Shown here piece by piece: positions 1 through 10,675 of a stretch of DNA of 64,000 bases. The number at the start of each line of letters is the position of its first letter. Position 1 is the first letter of the stretch. Position numbers and translations under genes: made by a program. The stretch spans positions 1,240,001-1,304,000 of the forward strand of contig JAUFOR010000008.1 in NCBI GenBank assembly GCA_040285745.1. Reading direction: 5' to 3'. The DNA is from Barthelona sp. PCE. Lineage: Eukaryota. The notes below the pieces were generated by a model. The model worked only from the letters and a program-made list of their open reading frames with translations, did not search any database and was not told the DNA's origin.

Positions 1-1
1 T

Positions 2-130
2 AGACTGCCAGTTACACTTCTCCCGACAGCACCAGGACTTATTGAAGTTGGTGGAATCCAAGTTCAATTCACTTCAATTCATCAAAACAAGCAGAGAAAC
101 GCATCTCTGGGATCGATAATAGTAGAATAG
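2..130 (+). CDS. 3' end of a gene truncated by the window edge (…RLPVTLLPTAPGLIEVGGIQVQF…IIVE*), possibly a TRAPP-subunit-like beta-sandwich C-terminus
   Basis: Open frame from base 2 to TAG at 128-130, converging on the next gene with a 10-bp gap as is usual in this window; family guess is weak. Confidence 0.45.
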   Translation, partial: RLPVTLLPTAPGLIEVGGIQVQFTSIHQNKQRNASLGSIIVE

Positions 131-140
131 AAACACTTTA

Positions 141-3100
141 TTATACAGTTTGCTCCATATTTTGAATAAACGCTGTTAGAGTTGCGCATTTCTCCTTGAG
201 TACATCTACTTCATTAGCATATGCAAGTTCAACACGGCGGAGGCGATCAAGCTCAGCGTGTTCAGCACCACTCAAACCCAGTTCAGGAGTCTGGTTGTTT
301 CTCAACTTCGCAATGAGGGCATGACATTCATTTAATTGCACAGTGAGTGCCTCGTGTGTCGCCTTCAACCCATTCAGATCCTTTTCGCGCTGAACAGCTT
401 CGTCTTCAGCAGCAACCTTTGCGTTTGTCATCTCTGTCAAACTCAGTTCGAGGCTATTTGTCTTCTGAGCACCATCCTCTACAGCAGTCTTCAAGACATC
501 AAGCTGATCGGTGAGTTCCATGACGGTTGTGTCGTTCTCAAGCTCTGTGATCTTTTTCGTTAACTCCTTAATTGTTCGCTCATGCTTGAATTTCTCAGCA
601 GAAAGTGATGCGATCTCGTCTGTGAAGCTGTTGTTCTCGGCAAGATTCGTCTCCAGTTTCCTACGCAGAGTAAGCATATCTCCCTTCTGTGTGCTTAACG
701 CCTCCTCGAGCTTCTTGAGCTTTGATATCTCAATCATAAGCTCCGTTTTCTTACCCTTCAGGTAGTATATCTCATCCTTCATGGCAGTCTCGTTAATGCG
801 CATCAGCTCCATAGCATCGTTGTTGCTCTTAAGCCTGTCTTCAGCGACAGATGAACGTGAATCAAGTTCTCCATTGAGCTTAGAAAGCTCTTCAAACTTC
901 ATCTGGAGTGCACTGAGCTTCTCCTCCACATGCTCCTTTTCTTGCTTGGTGTTCTTCAAATCTGCCAACTGCTCTTCCGCAAAAATCATTTGTGTTCGGA
1001 TGTTGCTCAAATCTGCCTCCTGTGTAGCAAATGACTCTCTTAGAGTGCGTAGCTCAGCATCAAGAAGCTCCTTCTCGCGAATAACGCCACCGTTCTCGTC
1101 CAAGTGCAACTTCTCAGCTGTCAAGATCTTTGCCTTTAGTTTTTTGACATCTGTCTTGTAATCAGCAAGCTGCAACTCAAGCTCCTTAACAGTTTGGTTG
1201 TACACGTCACGAACATCAATAGTTTCGGCCAATTCATCTTTGATGGCGCTGTTTTGTTTCATCAACTCGTCCAAGCTCTCTTGATGAGCTGAAGCTGATT
1301 CCTTTGCTTGTTGAGAGATTGATCTAATTTTATCGTTGAGCTCAACGTTCTCTGATCGCAGCATTCGCACTTGACTTTCAGTAAGGCGCAATTCCTCGTT
1401 TAACTTTGATTTTGCATCTTCACCGTCTCCGAGCTGAGATGAATAACTGTCAATGGTGTTCTCAAGTTCACGAATACGATGATCACGTTGCTCAATAGTC
1501 TTAACAAGATCGTTATTAATACCGTTATAGTTGTTAATCTCAGACCTCGCATCTGCAAGTGATGCGTTGAGTGCATCAATCTGTGCAAGGTGGTCCTCGA
1601 TCGTCTTCTCCAAGCGCGTTATATTGTCGTTCTTTGTAACAATCGTCTTGCAGTAAGATTTAAGCGATGAATCAGTGTGAGAAATAATGCTGCTAACAAA
1701 CGCTTTGGCGCCTGCAACCTGTTTGCGCATTGTCATGAGCTGGGCCTCGAGTTGATCCATACGCTCATTTTTCTCGGATAATACCTTGGCGACAGTATCG
1801 ACGCTCAAAGCAGTCATGTCAGTGTGCATATCACGCAACATGTCCTTGAGATGAAGAATGCGCTCGTCACGCTCCTCAATGGCCTGTTTAGAGTTCTGAA
1901 CAATCTTGTTCAGCGTGTGCACTTGGCCGTTTGCCTGCTGGATTTTCTCCTGAGCAGAAACAAGCGACTCAGTGGTTTCCTGTAACGAGTCCATGATCTC
2001 ACCGATGCGGTTGTCACGCTCGGTGAGTTGTTCTGTGCTTGCCTCACGAGCCTCATCAGCATCGCGTTCAAGCTGGGTGATCTCATCAATCTTCAACGAA
2101 ATGGTCTCCTTTAGCAGTGAAACTGTGTTACCATAATCGGCAATCTCGCCATCACGATGCTGAACCTCGCTGATAAGGTCAGATATCTGCTTATCAAGTG
2201 CCTGAACTTCTTCAGCATGCTTGGCAACTGTAGAATCACCGCTGCTAAGAATTGTTTGAATTTCCAACGCTTTCTGTGTGATCTCGTCCTCTTTCTCGAC
2301 GATTGTACGTTCCTTATCACTAATCTCACCACGCAATTCAGCTACCCGTGACTCTAGCTCACCAATGGCGGAGATGCGTTCCTTAACAACTTCATCCTTC
2401 TCGGCAATGGTTACAAGCAAACTGTCAATTTCATCCTTGTACTTGGCCTTTAAGCGATCCACAAGCTGTTTCTCGGATATTAAATCAATCTCCATGGCTG
2501 ATAACTTCTCCTCCAGTTCACACTTGTCACGATCAAGACGATCAATAACATCAGACATCTCTGCCTTTGACTTGGCCCACTTCTCGGCCTCTTCCTCAGA
2601 AAGAATATCCTTATCAACAATGACTGCTTCCAAGTCAGCAACCTCCTTGGCCAAAGTAATCTTCTCAGATTCAAAAGTGTTGCGCTCGTTTTCTGTTGCG
2701 CTCTGGCTCGAACGTAACTCAGAAATCTTCTGCATCATCTCCTCAACCTGACACACAGCTGCGATCTTATCACGACGCATCTGTTCAAGCTCGGACTTGT
2801 GTCCGCTCTCCAACTTGGCAATCATGCTGCGCTCATCACTCAGTTTCAAACGTAGGTTATGCACCTCCTCCTTAACACGGGCTAGGTCCTTGTCACGGGT
2901 AGCGAGGTTCACTTCGCTCTTCTCTAGCTGAGCGGTCGCCTCTTTCAGCTTGTCTGCGCTTGTCTGCAATAAAGACTGGGCTTCCTCATCCTGGGCTTGG
3001 AGCAGCTGCTCTAGTTGAATGAAGCTTGTTTCAAGTTCGTCGTAGCTCATGTTCATCTCGTTGAGATCTGCCATGAGACGTTGGTTCTCAGCCGTAAGCT

Positions 3101-4433
3101 CTGAGTTATCATCCATAGTAGTCTTCAACTCTCGTTCTAAAACCTTATGCTGCGCTGTATGTGATTCGATCAAGTCGCTCTTCTCTTCAACGAGACTTGT
3201 GAGTTCGTTACGGTAGTTCTGAAGCTTGGATTCGACCGCCTTCAACTGATTAGCATGAAGTGTGGCAGCGTTCTGCTTCTCTCTTTTCAGTGATGAAATC
3301 TCTTCATTTAGCTGACCAATAAGCTCAGCATTGTTCATCTTCGTTGAACGGAAGCTCTCAATATTCTCCTTCAAGTTCTCAGAATTGCTCATCAATAAAT
3401 CTTCATAGTGCAACTTTGTTTTCTCAATCTCTCTTTCAAAATTCTCTCTCATCTTCACATTCTCCTCTTGGAGAGATGCGACGCGGCTAGTAAGCTCGAC
3501 ACGCTCCTCTCCGAAGCGTTTGTCACGATCTTGACTGATTGACTGAGTGGCAACCTGCTTCTTAAGTGCCTCAGCATACTTTGATGATAAATCATCGAGC
3601 TTCTCCTGAAGTGAAGTAACAAGCACATCTTTTGATGCAAGTTGGTCCTCGTGTAGGTTTCTAATCTCCTGCACACTGCTCTCAAGGTTTAAAAGACTGT
3701 TCTCCTTTGTTTTGAGTAATGAAACTGTTTGTTCAAGTTGCTGTTTCGAATCAGCTAGTTGTAATGTGATGATCTGGTTCTGGGTCTGTAAATCAACAAT
3801 TTTCTGCTCCATCTCATGCATCTCGGTTACATGGCGTTTATCAACTGTTTCCATTGCGCTGGTTTTGTCTTTCTCGAATGAAAGCAGTTGTTGACGCAGA
3901 GTATCACGCTCGTCGCTCAAAACACTGCTCAGGTGGCGGGCTTGCTGAAGATCTTCATCCTTTAAACGAATTTGAAGATGCAAGTCCTCAATCTTTGTTG
4001 ATAACATAGATTGTTCATGGTTTTTGATCGAATCATCCTTACGGAGAGCCTCCAGTTGGGACATGAGCCCATCAATCTGCTCCTTATACCTGCTTTCGAC
4101 CTTTGTGAATTTCTCAGAGTTGGAAATAATGGTAGTATCCAGGATAGAACGCTGCATCTCCAGCTTCTCGATCTTTTCATTCTGCTCGTGGATCTGCTGC
4201 GTCATATCCGTAATGCGAAGTTGCAAACCACTAATCTCACCAGACTTCTCCTTCAACTGAACCTCGGAGGATAAAGCGGTCTTGGTAGTTGTCTTGGGGG
4301 ATGCAAAGGGTGAAATGACCGTATCAGGAACAACCCTGCTGCTTGATACAGCCAATGTTGAATTTAAACGAGGGGTATGTCTACTTCTCAACAAATCCAG
4401 TTTGGCTTGCAAGTCCTTCAGGTTGGTAGACAT
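141..4433 (-). CDS. Large coiled-coil protein (1430 aa), function unknown
   Basis: Long ORF, E/K/L/Q-rich heptad pattern over almost the whole length. Confidence 0.9.
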   Translation of the reverse strand: MSTNLKDLQAKLDLLRSRHTPRLNSTLAVSSSRVVPDTVISPFASPKTTTKTALSSEVQLKEKSGEISGLQLRITDMTQQIHEQNEKIEKLEMQRSILDTTIISNSEKFTKVESRYKEQIDGLMSQLEALRKDDSIKNHEQSMLSTKIEDLHLQIRLKDEDLQQARHLSSVLSDERDTLRQQLLSFEKDKTSAMETVDKRHVTEMHEMEQKIVDLQTQNQIITLQLADSKQQLEQTVSLLKTKENSLLNLESSVQEIRNLHEDQLASKDVLVTSLQEKLDDLSSKYAEALKKQVATQSISQDRDKRFGEERVELTSRVASLQEENVKMRENFEREIEKTKLHYEDLLMSNSENLKENIESFRSTKMNNAELIGQLNEEISSLKREKQNAATLHANQLKAVESKLQNYRNELTSLVEEKSDLIESHTAQHKVLERELKTTMDDNSELTAENQRLMADLNEMNMSYDELETSFIQLEQLLQAQDEEAQSLLQTSADKLKEATAQLEKSEVNLATRDKDLARVKEEVHNLRLKLSDERSMIAKLESGHKSELEQMRRDKIAAVCQVEEMMQKISELRSSQSATENERNTFESEKITLAKEVADLEAVIVDKDILSEEEAEKWAKSKAEMSDVIDRLDRDKCELEEKLSAMEIDLISEKQLVDRLKAKYKDEIDSLLVTIAEKDEVVKERISAIGELESRVAELRGEISDKERTIVEKEDEITQKALEIQTILSSGDSTVAKHAEEVQALDKQISDLISEVQHRDGEIADYGNTVSLLKETISLKIDEITQLERDADEAREASTEQLTERDNRIGEIMDSLQETTESLVSAQEKIQQANGQVHTLNKIVQNSKQAIEERDERILHLKDMLRDMHTDMTALSVDTVAKVLSEKNERMDQLEAQLMTMRKQVAGAKAFVSSIISHTDSSLKSYCKTIVTKNDNITRLEKTIEDHLAQIDALNASLADARSEINNYNGINNDLVKTIEQRDHRIRELENTIDSYSSQLGDGEDAKSKLNEELRLTESQVRMLRSENVELNDKIRSISQQAKESASAHQESLDELMKQNSAIKDELAETIDVRDVYNQTVKELELQLADYKTDVKKLKAKILTAEKLHLDENGGVIREKELLDAELRTLRESFATQEADLSNIRTQMIFAEEQLADLKNTKQEKEHVEEKLSALQMKFEELSKLNGELDSRSSVAEDRLKSNNDAMELMRINETAMKDEIYYLKGKKTELMIEISKLKKLEEALSTQKGDMLTLRRKLETNLAENNSFTDEIASLSAEKFKHERTIKELTKKITELENDTTVMELTDQLDVLKTAVEDGAQKTNSLELSLTEMTNAKVAAEDEAVQREKDLNGLKATHEALTVQLNECHALIAKLRNNQTPELGLSGAEHAELDRLRRVELAYANEVDVLKEKCATLTAFIQNMEQTV

Positions 4434-4557
4434 CTGAAGAATCCCGTTCTGTTGGTGAAAAAGAAAACAAATTTAAGTACAAGTAAACTGGTCGTGTTAT
4501 CGTTTAAACTTCTCTTTTCATTTATCAACTGTTTTCTTGGGCTTAATGTAGAGTGTA

Positions 4558-6108
4558 ATGCGATTATTTTTTTTGTTGCTGGTGTTTACTCCAGCTTTCT
4601 GTTACATTATCAATACTTCAACGATTGTTGATTCGATTACAGTCATAAACACATACGCATTCACAAATAGGGGTGTTGTGCATAATTTAACAGTCAACTA
4701 CAGGGGTACCAACGATGTTGGAACTGTTGGGATTCTTTTTCAACATATAGACGAGTATAACAGGCTCGTACAACACAGTAGAGGCAACTTCTCCACCCCC
4801 TGCAAACTCTTTTACAATGAAACATTTGCAAATGATCACCGGGGTCAATACTTTACAGAAGCTTTCTTTTCCGCTCCAAATGAGACTCAAATCACAGGCA
4901 CTGCCTTCGATGTGCCGCGTGCCGGTGTATACTATCTCACAGTAGCTCCTCTTACGGATACCTGCTTTGGTGATTCGGAGCTAGATTTGTTTTATGTTCC
5001 AATGAATGGTAATCATCATCTGACAGCAATGTTCATCTCGGTCCCGAAAACGCAGCAAATTTTCTGTATCATTCATGTTTTGTGTTTTTTTGTTGTTTCC
5101 TATATTTTATTCAAATTTAAAGCAAATGTTCCAACATATTTTTCCCTTTTTGCTGTTTTCTTCATTATGGATGCACTGTATGCTTACTGGAGATACCGTA
5201 TTTTTAAAGAATACGATGATATAGGAACGTACCCTTCGGATACAATCATGAGAGTATTTGGTTATCTGAGCAACGTGATGCTGACCGTGCCAATGATGCT
5301 TTGTGCTAAAGGAGTGCAAATAACAAGACTCAGTCTTACTCATTCAGAGCGTAGGTCCTTTGTGATTATGTCGCTATTGTTTTTTGCCTTGCTCTTCCTT
5401 CCTTTCCCATCAAATAATCTTGCATTCATCATACCCGCATTCTTCATGTATTCAGGTGTTGAGATCAATCTGAAGGTCCTCATACTGCAGACTCAGCGTG
5501 CTCATCACATTGAGCCAAGACCCCTTCTTTCAGTCGGGGATCTACCAAGGCGTTGGAACCTGATTGTGAGAAGAAGCACTTGTATATGTGTTAGGCATAC
5601 TTCCAAACACCACAACTTCCACTATCCTGTGAGCAGGAAAGTACGTCTTTATTCTGCATTTAAACGTTTGTTCACAGCATATTTACTCATGATGGCTGCG
5701 TTTGTTACCGCAATAACAGTAATTTGGATACGATTCATGGATTTCAGCTACGTTTTTGCATTAATATACATTAGTGAGATAGTTCTTGTATTCTCTATCG
5801 TCATTATTGTGTGTGCTGCTATGGACTTCACGAATGAAAATCCAATAGTAGACGATCAGCTAATACTTGAGATGAATCTTGATAATATTAGTTTTGTCAC
5901 CGGTGGTAAATTCGGTTCACTTGCTGCACCGTTGTGTTCACAATGCTTCTACAAGACTGATTCGCTACATAGTATCCCAAATGTCTTGCCTCCAAACCGA
6001 AGCAGCATGTCTTACACTGCTGTTGAAATCGAAGAGAGTGCGATTATCTCATTACAGGATCAGGATAGTGAAGATGACATTAGTATAATTGAACATGGTA
6101 TGGTATGA
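4558..6108 (+). CDS. Signal-peptide, multi-pass membrane protein, GPR107/TMEM87 (GOST)-like
   Basis: Hydrophobic N-terminus, luminal domain with several N-x-S/T sites, ~7 hydrophobic segments, KVRLYSAF motif before the last two helices. Confidence 0.6.
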   Translation: MRLFFLLLVFTPAFCYIINTSTIVDSITVINTYAFTNRGVVHNLTVNYRGTNDVGTVGILFQHIDEYNRLVQHSRGNFSTPCKLFYNETFANDHRGQYFTEAFFSAPNETQITGTAFDVPRAGVYYLTVAPLTDTCFGDSELDLFYVPMNGNHHLTAMFISVPKTQQIFCIIHVLCFFVVSYILFKFKANVPTYFSLFAVFFIMDALYAYWRYRIFKEYDDIGTYPSDTIMRVFGYLSNVMLTVPMMLCAKGVQITRLSLTHSERRSFVIMSLLFFALLFLPFPSNNLAFIIPAFFMYSGVEINLKVLILQTQRAHHIEPRPLLSVGDLPRRWNLIVRRSTCICVRHTSKHHNFHYPVSRKVRLYSAFKRLFTAYLLMMAAFVTAITVIWIRFMDFSYVFALIYISEIVLVFSIVIIVCAAMDFTNENPIVDDQLILEMNLDNISFVTGGKFGSLAAPLCSQCFYKTDSLHSIPNVLPPNRSSMSYTAVEIEESAIISLQDQDSEDDISIIEHGMV

Positions 6109-6133
6109 TCAATATTAAGTAAACATTTACATA

Positions 6134-7030
6134 TTATCTGCGACCTTTAACAATATTCTTTGGTTTAGGAGCTGTCTTGAGAGCAGCTTCATAATCCATA
6201 ACACCTTGCTCGGTTCTAATACCGGCCTTGGCCTGAACAAAGAAAGGAACAGATTGCCACTCTAGCTTGAAAGAGCACTTACCAATCTTCTGACCGTTAT
6301 CAGCGATAAGGTTACCATTATGTGAGGTGCTTGATCCTTCACCCTTGGGAAGCTTGTTTTCGATCTTGATACTGGCTGTTCCGAGTAAGGCTGAACCAAT
6401 AAGTCTTTTTCTGTAAGCCTTGAACACGAACTCTTCTTCTACGAAAGAACGAATGCCGCGGTATGAACCGGACACAATGTCATTCACAGCGTCCCACTTG
6501 GGGCGATCTGTGGATGAAATCACACCACTCTCAACAGTCTTATTCTCACTCTTGAGGGTGATCGAGCACCAGTAATCTTCACGATCGGGCTGATCAAGAT
6601 TGAATGAAACGGCAGAGGGCTTCATGACGACCTTTCCAACGTGCTGAACGGAGATATTAGCTCTAATACGGCCAACAAAGGTGTTCATTTGGGCGTTGAA
6701 AATTGCTAAATCAATTGAGCTGGGACCTGTGAGCATAGTGTGGAAATCAACACCGACTGTGCCCATCAGTTCATCGCTCATAATACGATTACGCTCGTAC
6801 ACTTCAATTTGGAAGGCCAAGCTATCAGTAATATCATCTTCATTCAACTCGAGCTCAAAGGTCTTGTTGAATTTAAAAACAGGGTTGAGGTTATCCCAGA
6901 TTGTGTCTGTTTTGTAAGTTTGACCTCCAATGAGAAAGTGAATCTGGGTATCATTACTGTTACCATCCATAGGCTGGACTTGGGCACTAACGTTGGAAAT
7001 TGTGAAAATGAACTTTGTATCACGGTTCAT
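6134..7030 (-). CDS. Tandem C2-domain protein
   Basis: YKTDTIWDNLNPVF…FQIEVYERNRIMSDELMGTV and a second degenerate repeat (STDRPKWD…FKAYRKRLIGSALLGTA). Confidence 0.8.
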   Translation of the reverse strand: MNRDTKFIFTISNVSAQVQPMDGNSNDTQIHFLIGGQTYKTDTIWDNLNPVFKFNKTFELELNEDDITDSLAFQIEVYERNRIMSDELMGTVGVDFHTMLTGPSSIDLAIFNAQMNTFVGRIRANISVQHVGKVVMKPSAVSFNLDQPDREDYWCSITLKSENKTVESGVISSTDRPKWDAVNDIVSGSYRGIRSFVEEEFVFKAYRKRLIGSALLGTASIKIENKLPKGEGSSTSHNGNLIADNGQKIGKCSFKLEWQSVPFFVQAKAGIRTEQGVMDYEAALKTAPKPKNIVKGRR

Positions 7031-7322
7031 GATGAATTGAGATTAAAGAAAGGAGAAAAAAGTATATTCAAGCTGTTATATACATGGTGGCATTCCGAAG
7101 ACCACCATGTTGTACGTTTTACCCACCTTACATCACATATTTTTGCGTTTCACGCCTTAAAAAAAAAAACTACCAAAAATTGGATTTTTTGTGAAATAGT
7201 TTAACGTGGATACTACGACAATACAGGATTCTAGAATATTTGGGAGGGTATGGCAGTATTTTACAGGCTTAAACGTACAAGTGCATAATCACCAAACAAA
7301 TGTTGTACTAAACAGTATTTAT

Positions 7323-7976
7323 TTACTTCCTACGCTTCAGTTCGTTGGCCAACCAGTCAAAGCCCAAATAAATTGAACGAACATCATTCAATGCAGAGCA
7401 AGGTTGAGCAAACCAAGTTTGAGTGAGTTTGTCAAGCTCGACAACCTTAACAACTTCTCTGGGATCAAGAGCATCGGGGAGATCTTGCTTGTTGATGAGA
7501 AGCAACACAGTACATTCTGCCAAACGAGGATCGGACAAAGACTCATGTAATACACACTTGACACATCCTTCTTCACAACCGACACCACCACAGTTAAGAC
7601 GGTTGACATCAGCTGAGTCGATAACGAAGACTACGGCATCTGTATCATCATAATAGTAGTTCCAAAGGTTTCTAAATCTAAAAATTAGTTAGGGTCATAT
7701 TATTATCAGTACACAAATAACTTTGTTAAATGCTCTGGCTTAAGGTATTCCATACGTCTTTTGGCCACCAATATCGTAACAATTAATCTTGAGAGAACCG
7801 ATTTCCAGATCAGTTGCTGAAAACCCAACAGTAATTCTTGTGTCAATGCTAGATTCATCGACGTACTTGAGACGCTTGATGATTGCGGTCTTACCAGCAC
7901 TGTCCAGACCAATTAGAACGATTTTGGCTTCAATTCTCGATAATGCGTTCAAAACTCTTGAAATTAACTTTCCCAT
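7323..7976 (-). CDS. ARF/ARL-family small GTPase, 191 aa, two exons (7976-7756, 7677-7323)
   Basis: MG start, GLDSAGKT, DIGGQ, NKQD, CSA motifs; splicing restores GGQKTFRNLWNYYYDDTDAVVFVIDS. Confidence 0.92.
7678..7755 (-). other. Spliceosomal intron (78 nt) in the ARF/ARL gene
   Basis: GTATGG…CCCTAACTAATTTTTAG; removal joins the two ORF halves in frame. Confidence 0.9.
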
Positions 7977-8374
7977 TGCTTCTTTTGTTGCTGTTTAAGG
8001 CTAAGAAAATAAAAATATAAAGGATAACTCCGTGTTTAAAGGGAGAAACTATTCTGCAAAGCTGAGGTTACAGTTGGAAGCATTCGCACGGTGTCACACT
8101 CCTTTAATGGCTACTCAATGATGCTAAAACCATACTTAAGTCCTTCAACGCACTTCAACAAAGAGAATGGAATATACTAAACCATTGACATATTAGCACA
8201 ATAATTAACTGGTTAACCACATTTTACTTGCATCACAGTTATCAGTTGATTCTCAGAAATTCATAGTAAGGTGAAATTGTATTGTTTTCTCCTTTTCTTC
8301 TCATAGCGAAGTTTTAACGTTCTTTTTGGATAAATTTGATAAATACACGGCATGAAAGTTCTTTGATGCAAAAT

Positions 8375-10604
8375 ATTGTTTTTCTTTTACTGAGGTATAG
8401 CAGGCAGGGGTAAAGGTCGAGATGTACAGGGGCCTAGTTGGCGAGGAAGTCAAGGGGCAGAGGCTTAGTCATGAACGCTTCACGCTCAGGGCCAACTGAT
8501 ACGAAGTGTACCGGCACGCCAGTAAACTCTTCGATGAACTCAACGATATCCTTGGCAGATTGGGGGAGCAGATCGTACTGCCTTACATCGGCAACCTCTC
8601 CAGGGCCGGGCATAGTTGTGTAAATAGGCTTGGCATCAAATTGCTGTTGAGCCGAAAAAGGAACGTGGTCCAGAATTGTGCCATCAGGAAGCTCGTATGC
8701 TGTGCAAATCTTGATCTCCTTGAACTGACTGAGGACATCTAGCATCGTTAGCGCACAGATATTGGCGCCGGAAGTTGTGAGTGAGTGCTTGAGGGCAACA
8801 AGATCGAGCCATGTACAACGTCTGGGACGACCTGTGGTTGTACCGAACTCGTTTCCAACAACACGAATTGCATCAGCGGTCTCGGATTCAATCTCTGATT
8901 CTCCAACAAGAGGGCCTGCACCAACACGAACAGAGTATACCTTGCTTACGCCGAGGATGACGTCGAGTGAGTTGGGAAGAAGACCTGTGCTCTGGGGAAT
9001 ACCAAGAGTCGTTGTGTGTGATGATGTGCAGTAGGGAGATGTGGACCAATCAATGTCGAGAAAGAAACCATTGGCGAGCTCGACGAGGATGGAGTCACCG
9101 CGGTTACTGGCTTCACGGAGCATGGCCTCAGCGCCTTCGAAGACATAGGGCATGACGTATGATCTGAGTTCCATGAACTTGTCGAAAACCTGCTGAGGGT
9201 CGAAAGGTTCGAACTCGATCTTGTGCTCGGCAGCAAGAGCGCCAAGGACGACGTTCTTGTAGCGACAAACACGGAAGATCTTCTCCTGTATGTCAGCAAC
9301 AGGCATACAAAGATCACCCATACGCATGGCACGGGAACGGGCGCACTTGTCAGCGTATGCGGGGCCGATACCGGACTTGGTTGTACCGATCTTGTTCTTA
9401 CCTGTACGGCTAGCCTCGTTAATGCAGTCCTCAGTGATGTGCCAAGGCATGATGATGTGAGCACGAGAAGAGATCTTGAGCTGCTCGGGAGTACGCTCAA
9501 TACCCAGCTCGTTGCGGGCACGCTCGAGCTCCTTTACGAGCTGAGGCATGTAGATAGCCATTCCTGCACCCATAACAGAGATGATATCGTCATGGAAAAT
9601 TGTTGAGGGAAGTAGGTGAACGTCGAATGAGATAAGCTCGTCTCCCTTCATGATCTTGATTACGTGGCCTGCGTTGTGACCACCGTTAGCACGAACGGAA
9701 TATTTGACATGAGTAGTGATGTCGTAAGATGAACCCTTCTTGGAAGGTGAACGACCCATGGATGAAAGAAGGTCAACGAACTTTCCCTTGCCCTCGTCAC
9801 CGACTTGAGCGCCGAAAGCGACGATAGAACGGGCGTTGTAAAGCTTGGAGTCCATGGGAGTAATGGTAGTTGGATGGTAATGCATAAAGTTACTAAATGT
9901 GAGTTTTTCAGGTTGAGGAGCACACAACATACGAATGAAGTAATAAAACAAAAAGCATAATACTTGTAGAAAGTATATATTCATGGCAGGTGGTCCCCTG
10001 CAAATTGGGTAAAAAACGTTAACCCACGTGTACATCTTCGTATGTACCTTGCTCAGCCGTAAAATATACAAAAATATCTATAGATGCCAACAAAAATTCT
10101 TAAAAGAGAAGATAAGTTGCTAAGAATGAGGTTAAAAAAACTTTTTTTACCCTTTTGCGAACCCTTCTTTTTTAAAGTTGTGCTGTATCGCGTACTTGAT
10201 GCAGCGATAGTGTTGATTCATGTTCCAGGGTCATATCGTAGTCTTATGAAGAAAGCTCTCTTTTTTTCCGAATATTGTAAAATCTAATGCTTCTGTGCGT
10301 GTGGTTGACTGATCTTATCCTACCCTTGCTGTTTTTTGCACGCTTCTACCTATCTATGGTGAGGATAAATTTTTTGGTTCGTATAATCGTGTGTTGTCAA
10401 CCCTAGCTGAGGTGTAAATGTCATATCCAGGCTACAATGCGAAGGAAATATTCGTTTTGACAATGTGCGCCGAGATCCTTTTTCTCGATGATTGTGTGTT
10501 CTTAGTCGTGTTTTCAGTGGCTTTGAAGCTGTAATATGGCGTGTTGCCACCACAACAGCTCTAGGTGGCAAATGACGGTGCAATATGTAAAGCAGGCAAT
10601 TCAA
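8375..10604. repeat. Left arm of a ~2.23-kb inverted duplication
   Basis: Reverse complement of 13765-15994 (paired coordinates sum to 24369); mirrored ORF tracks. Confidence 0.97.
8434..9855 (-). CDS. purA: Adenylosuccinate synthetase, copy 1 (473 aa from MDSKLY)
   Basis: GAQVGDEGKGK, GGHNAGH, IGTTKSGIGPAYADK, EFGTTTGRPRR, SVGPER; start placed at the ATG just before the conserved domain. Confidence 0.95.
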   Translation of the reverse strand: MDSKLYNARSIVAFGAQVGDEGKGKFVDLLSSMGRSPSKKGSSYDITTHVKYSVRANGGHNAGHVIKIMKGDELISFDVHLLPSTIFHDDIISVMGAGMAIYMPQLVKELERARNELGIERTPEQLKISSRAHIIMPWHITEDCINEASRTGKNKIGTTKSGIGPAYADKCARSRAMRMGDLCMPVADIQEKIFRVCRYKNVVLGALAAEHKIEFEPFDPQQVFDKFMELRSYVMPYVFEGAEAMLREASNRGDSILVELANGFFLDIDWSTSPYCTSSHTTTLGIPQSTGLLPNSLDVILGVSKVYSVRVGAGPLVGESEIESETADAIRVVGNEFGTTTGRPRRCTWLDLVALKHSLTTSGANICALTMLDVLSQFKEIKICTAYELPDGTILDHVPFSAQQQFDAKPIYTTMPGPGEVADVRQYDLLPQSAKDIVEFIEEFTGVPVHFVSVGPEREAFMTKPLPLDFLAN

Positions 10605-10675
10605 ATGTTCTGTATTTCACAATTTACCCGCTTAAAATATTACTATGCCAACAATACATTGTCAAAAAACTAGTA

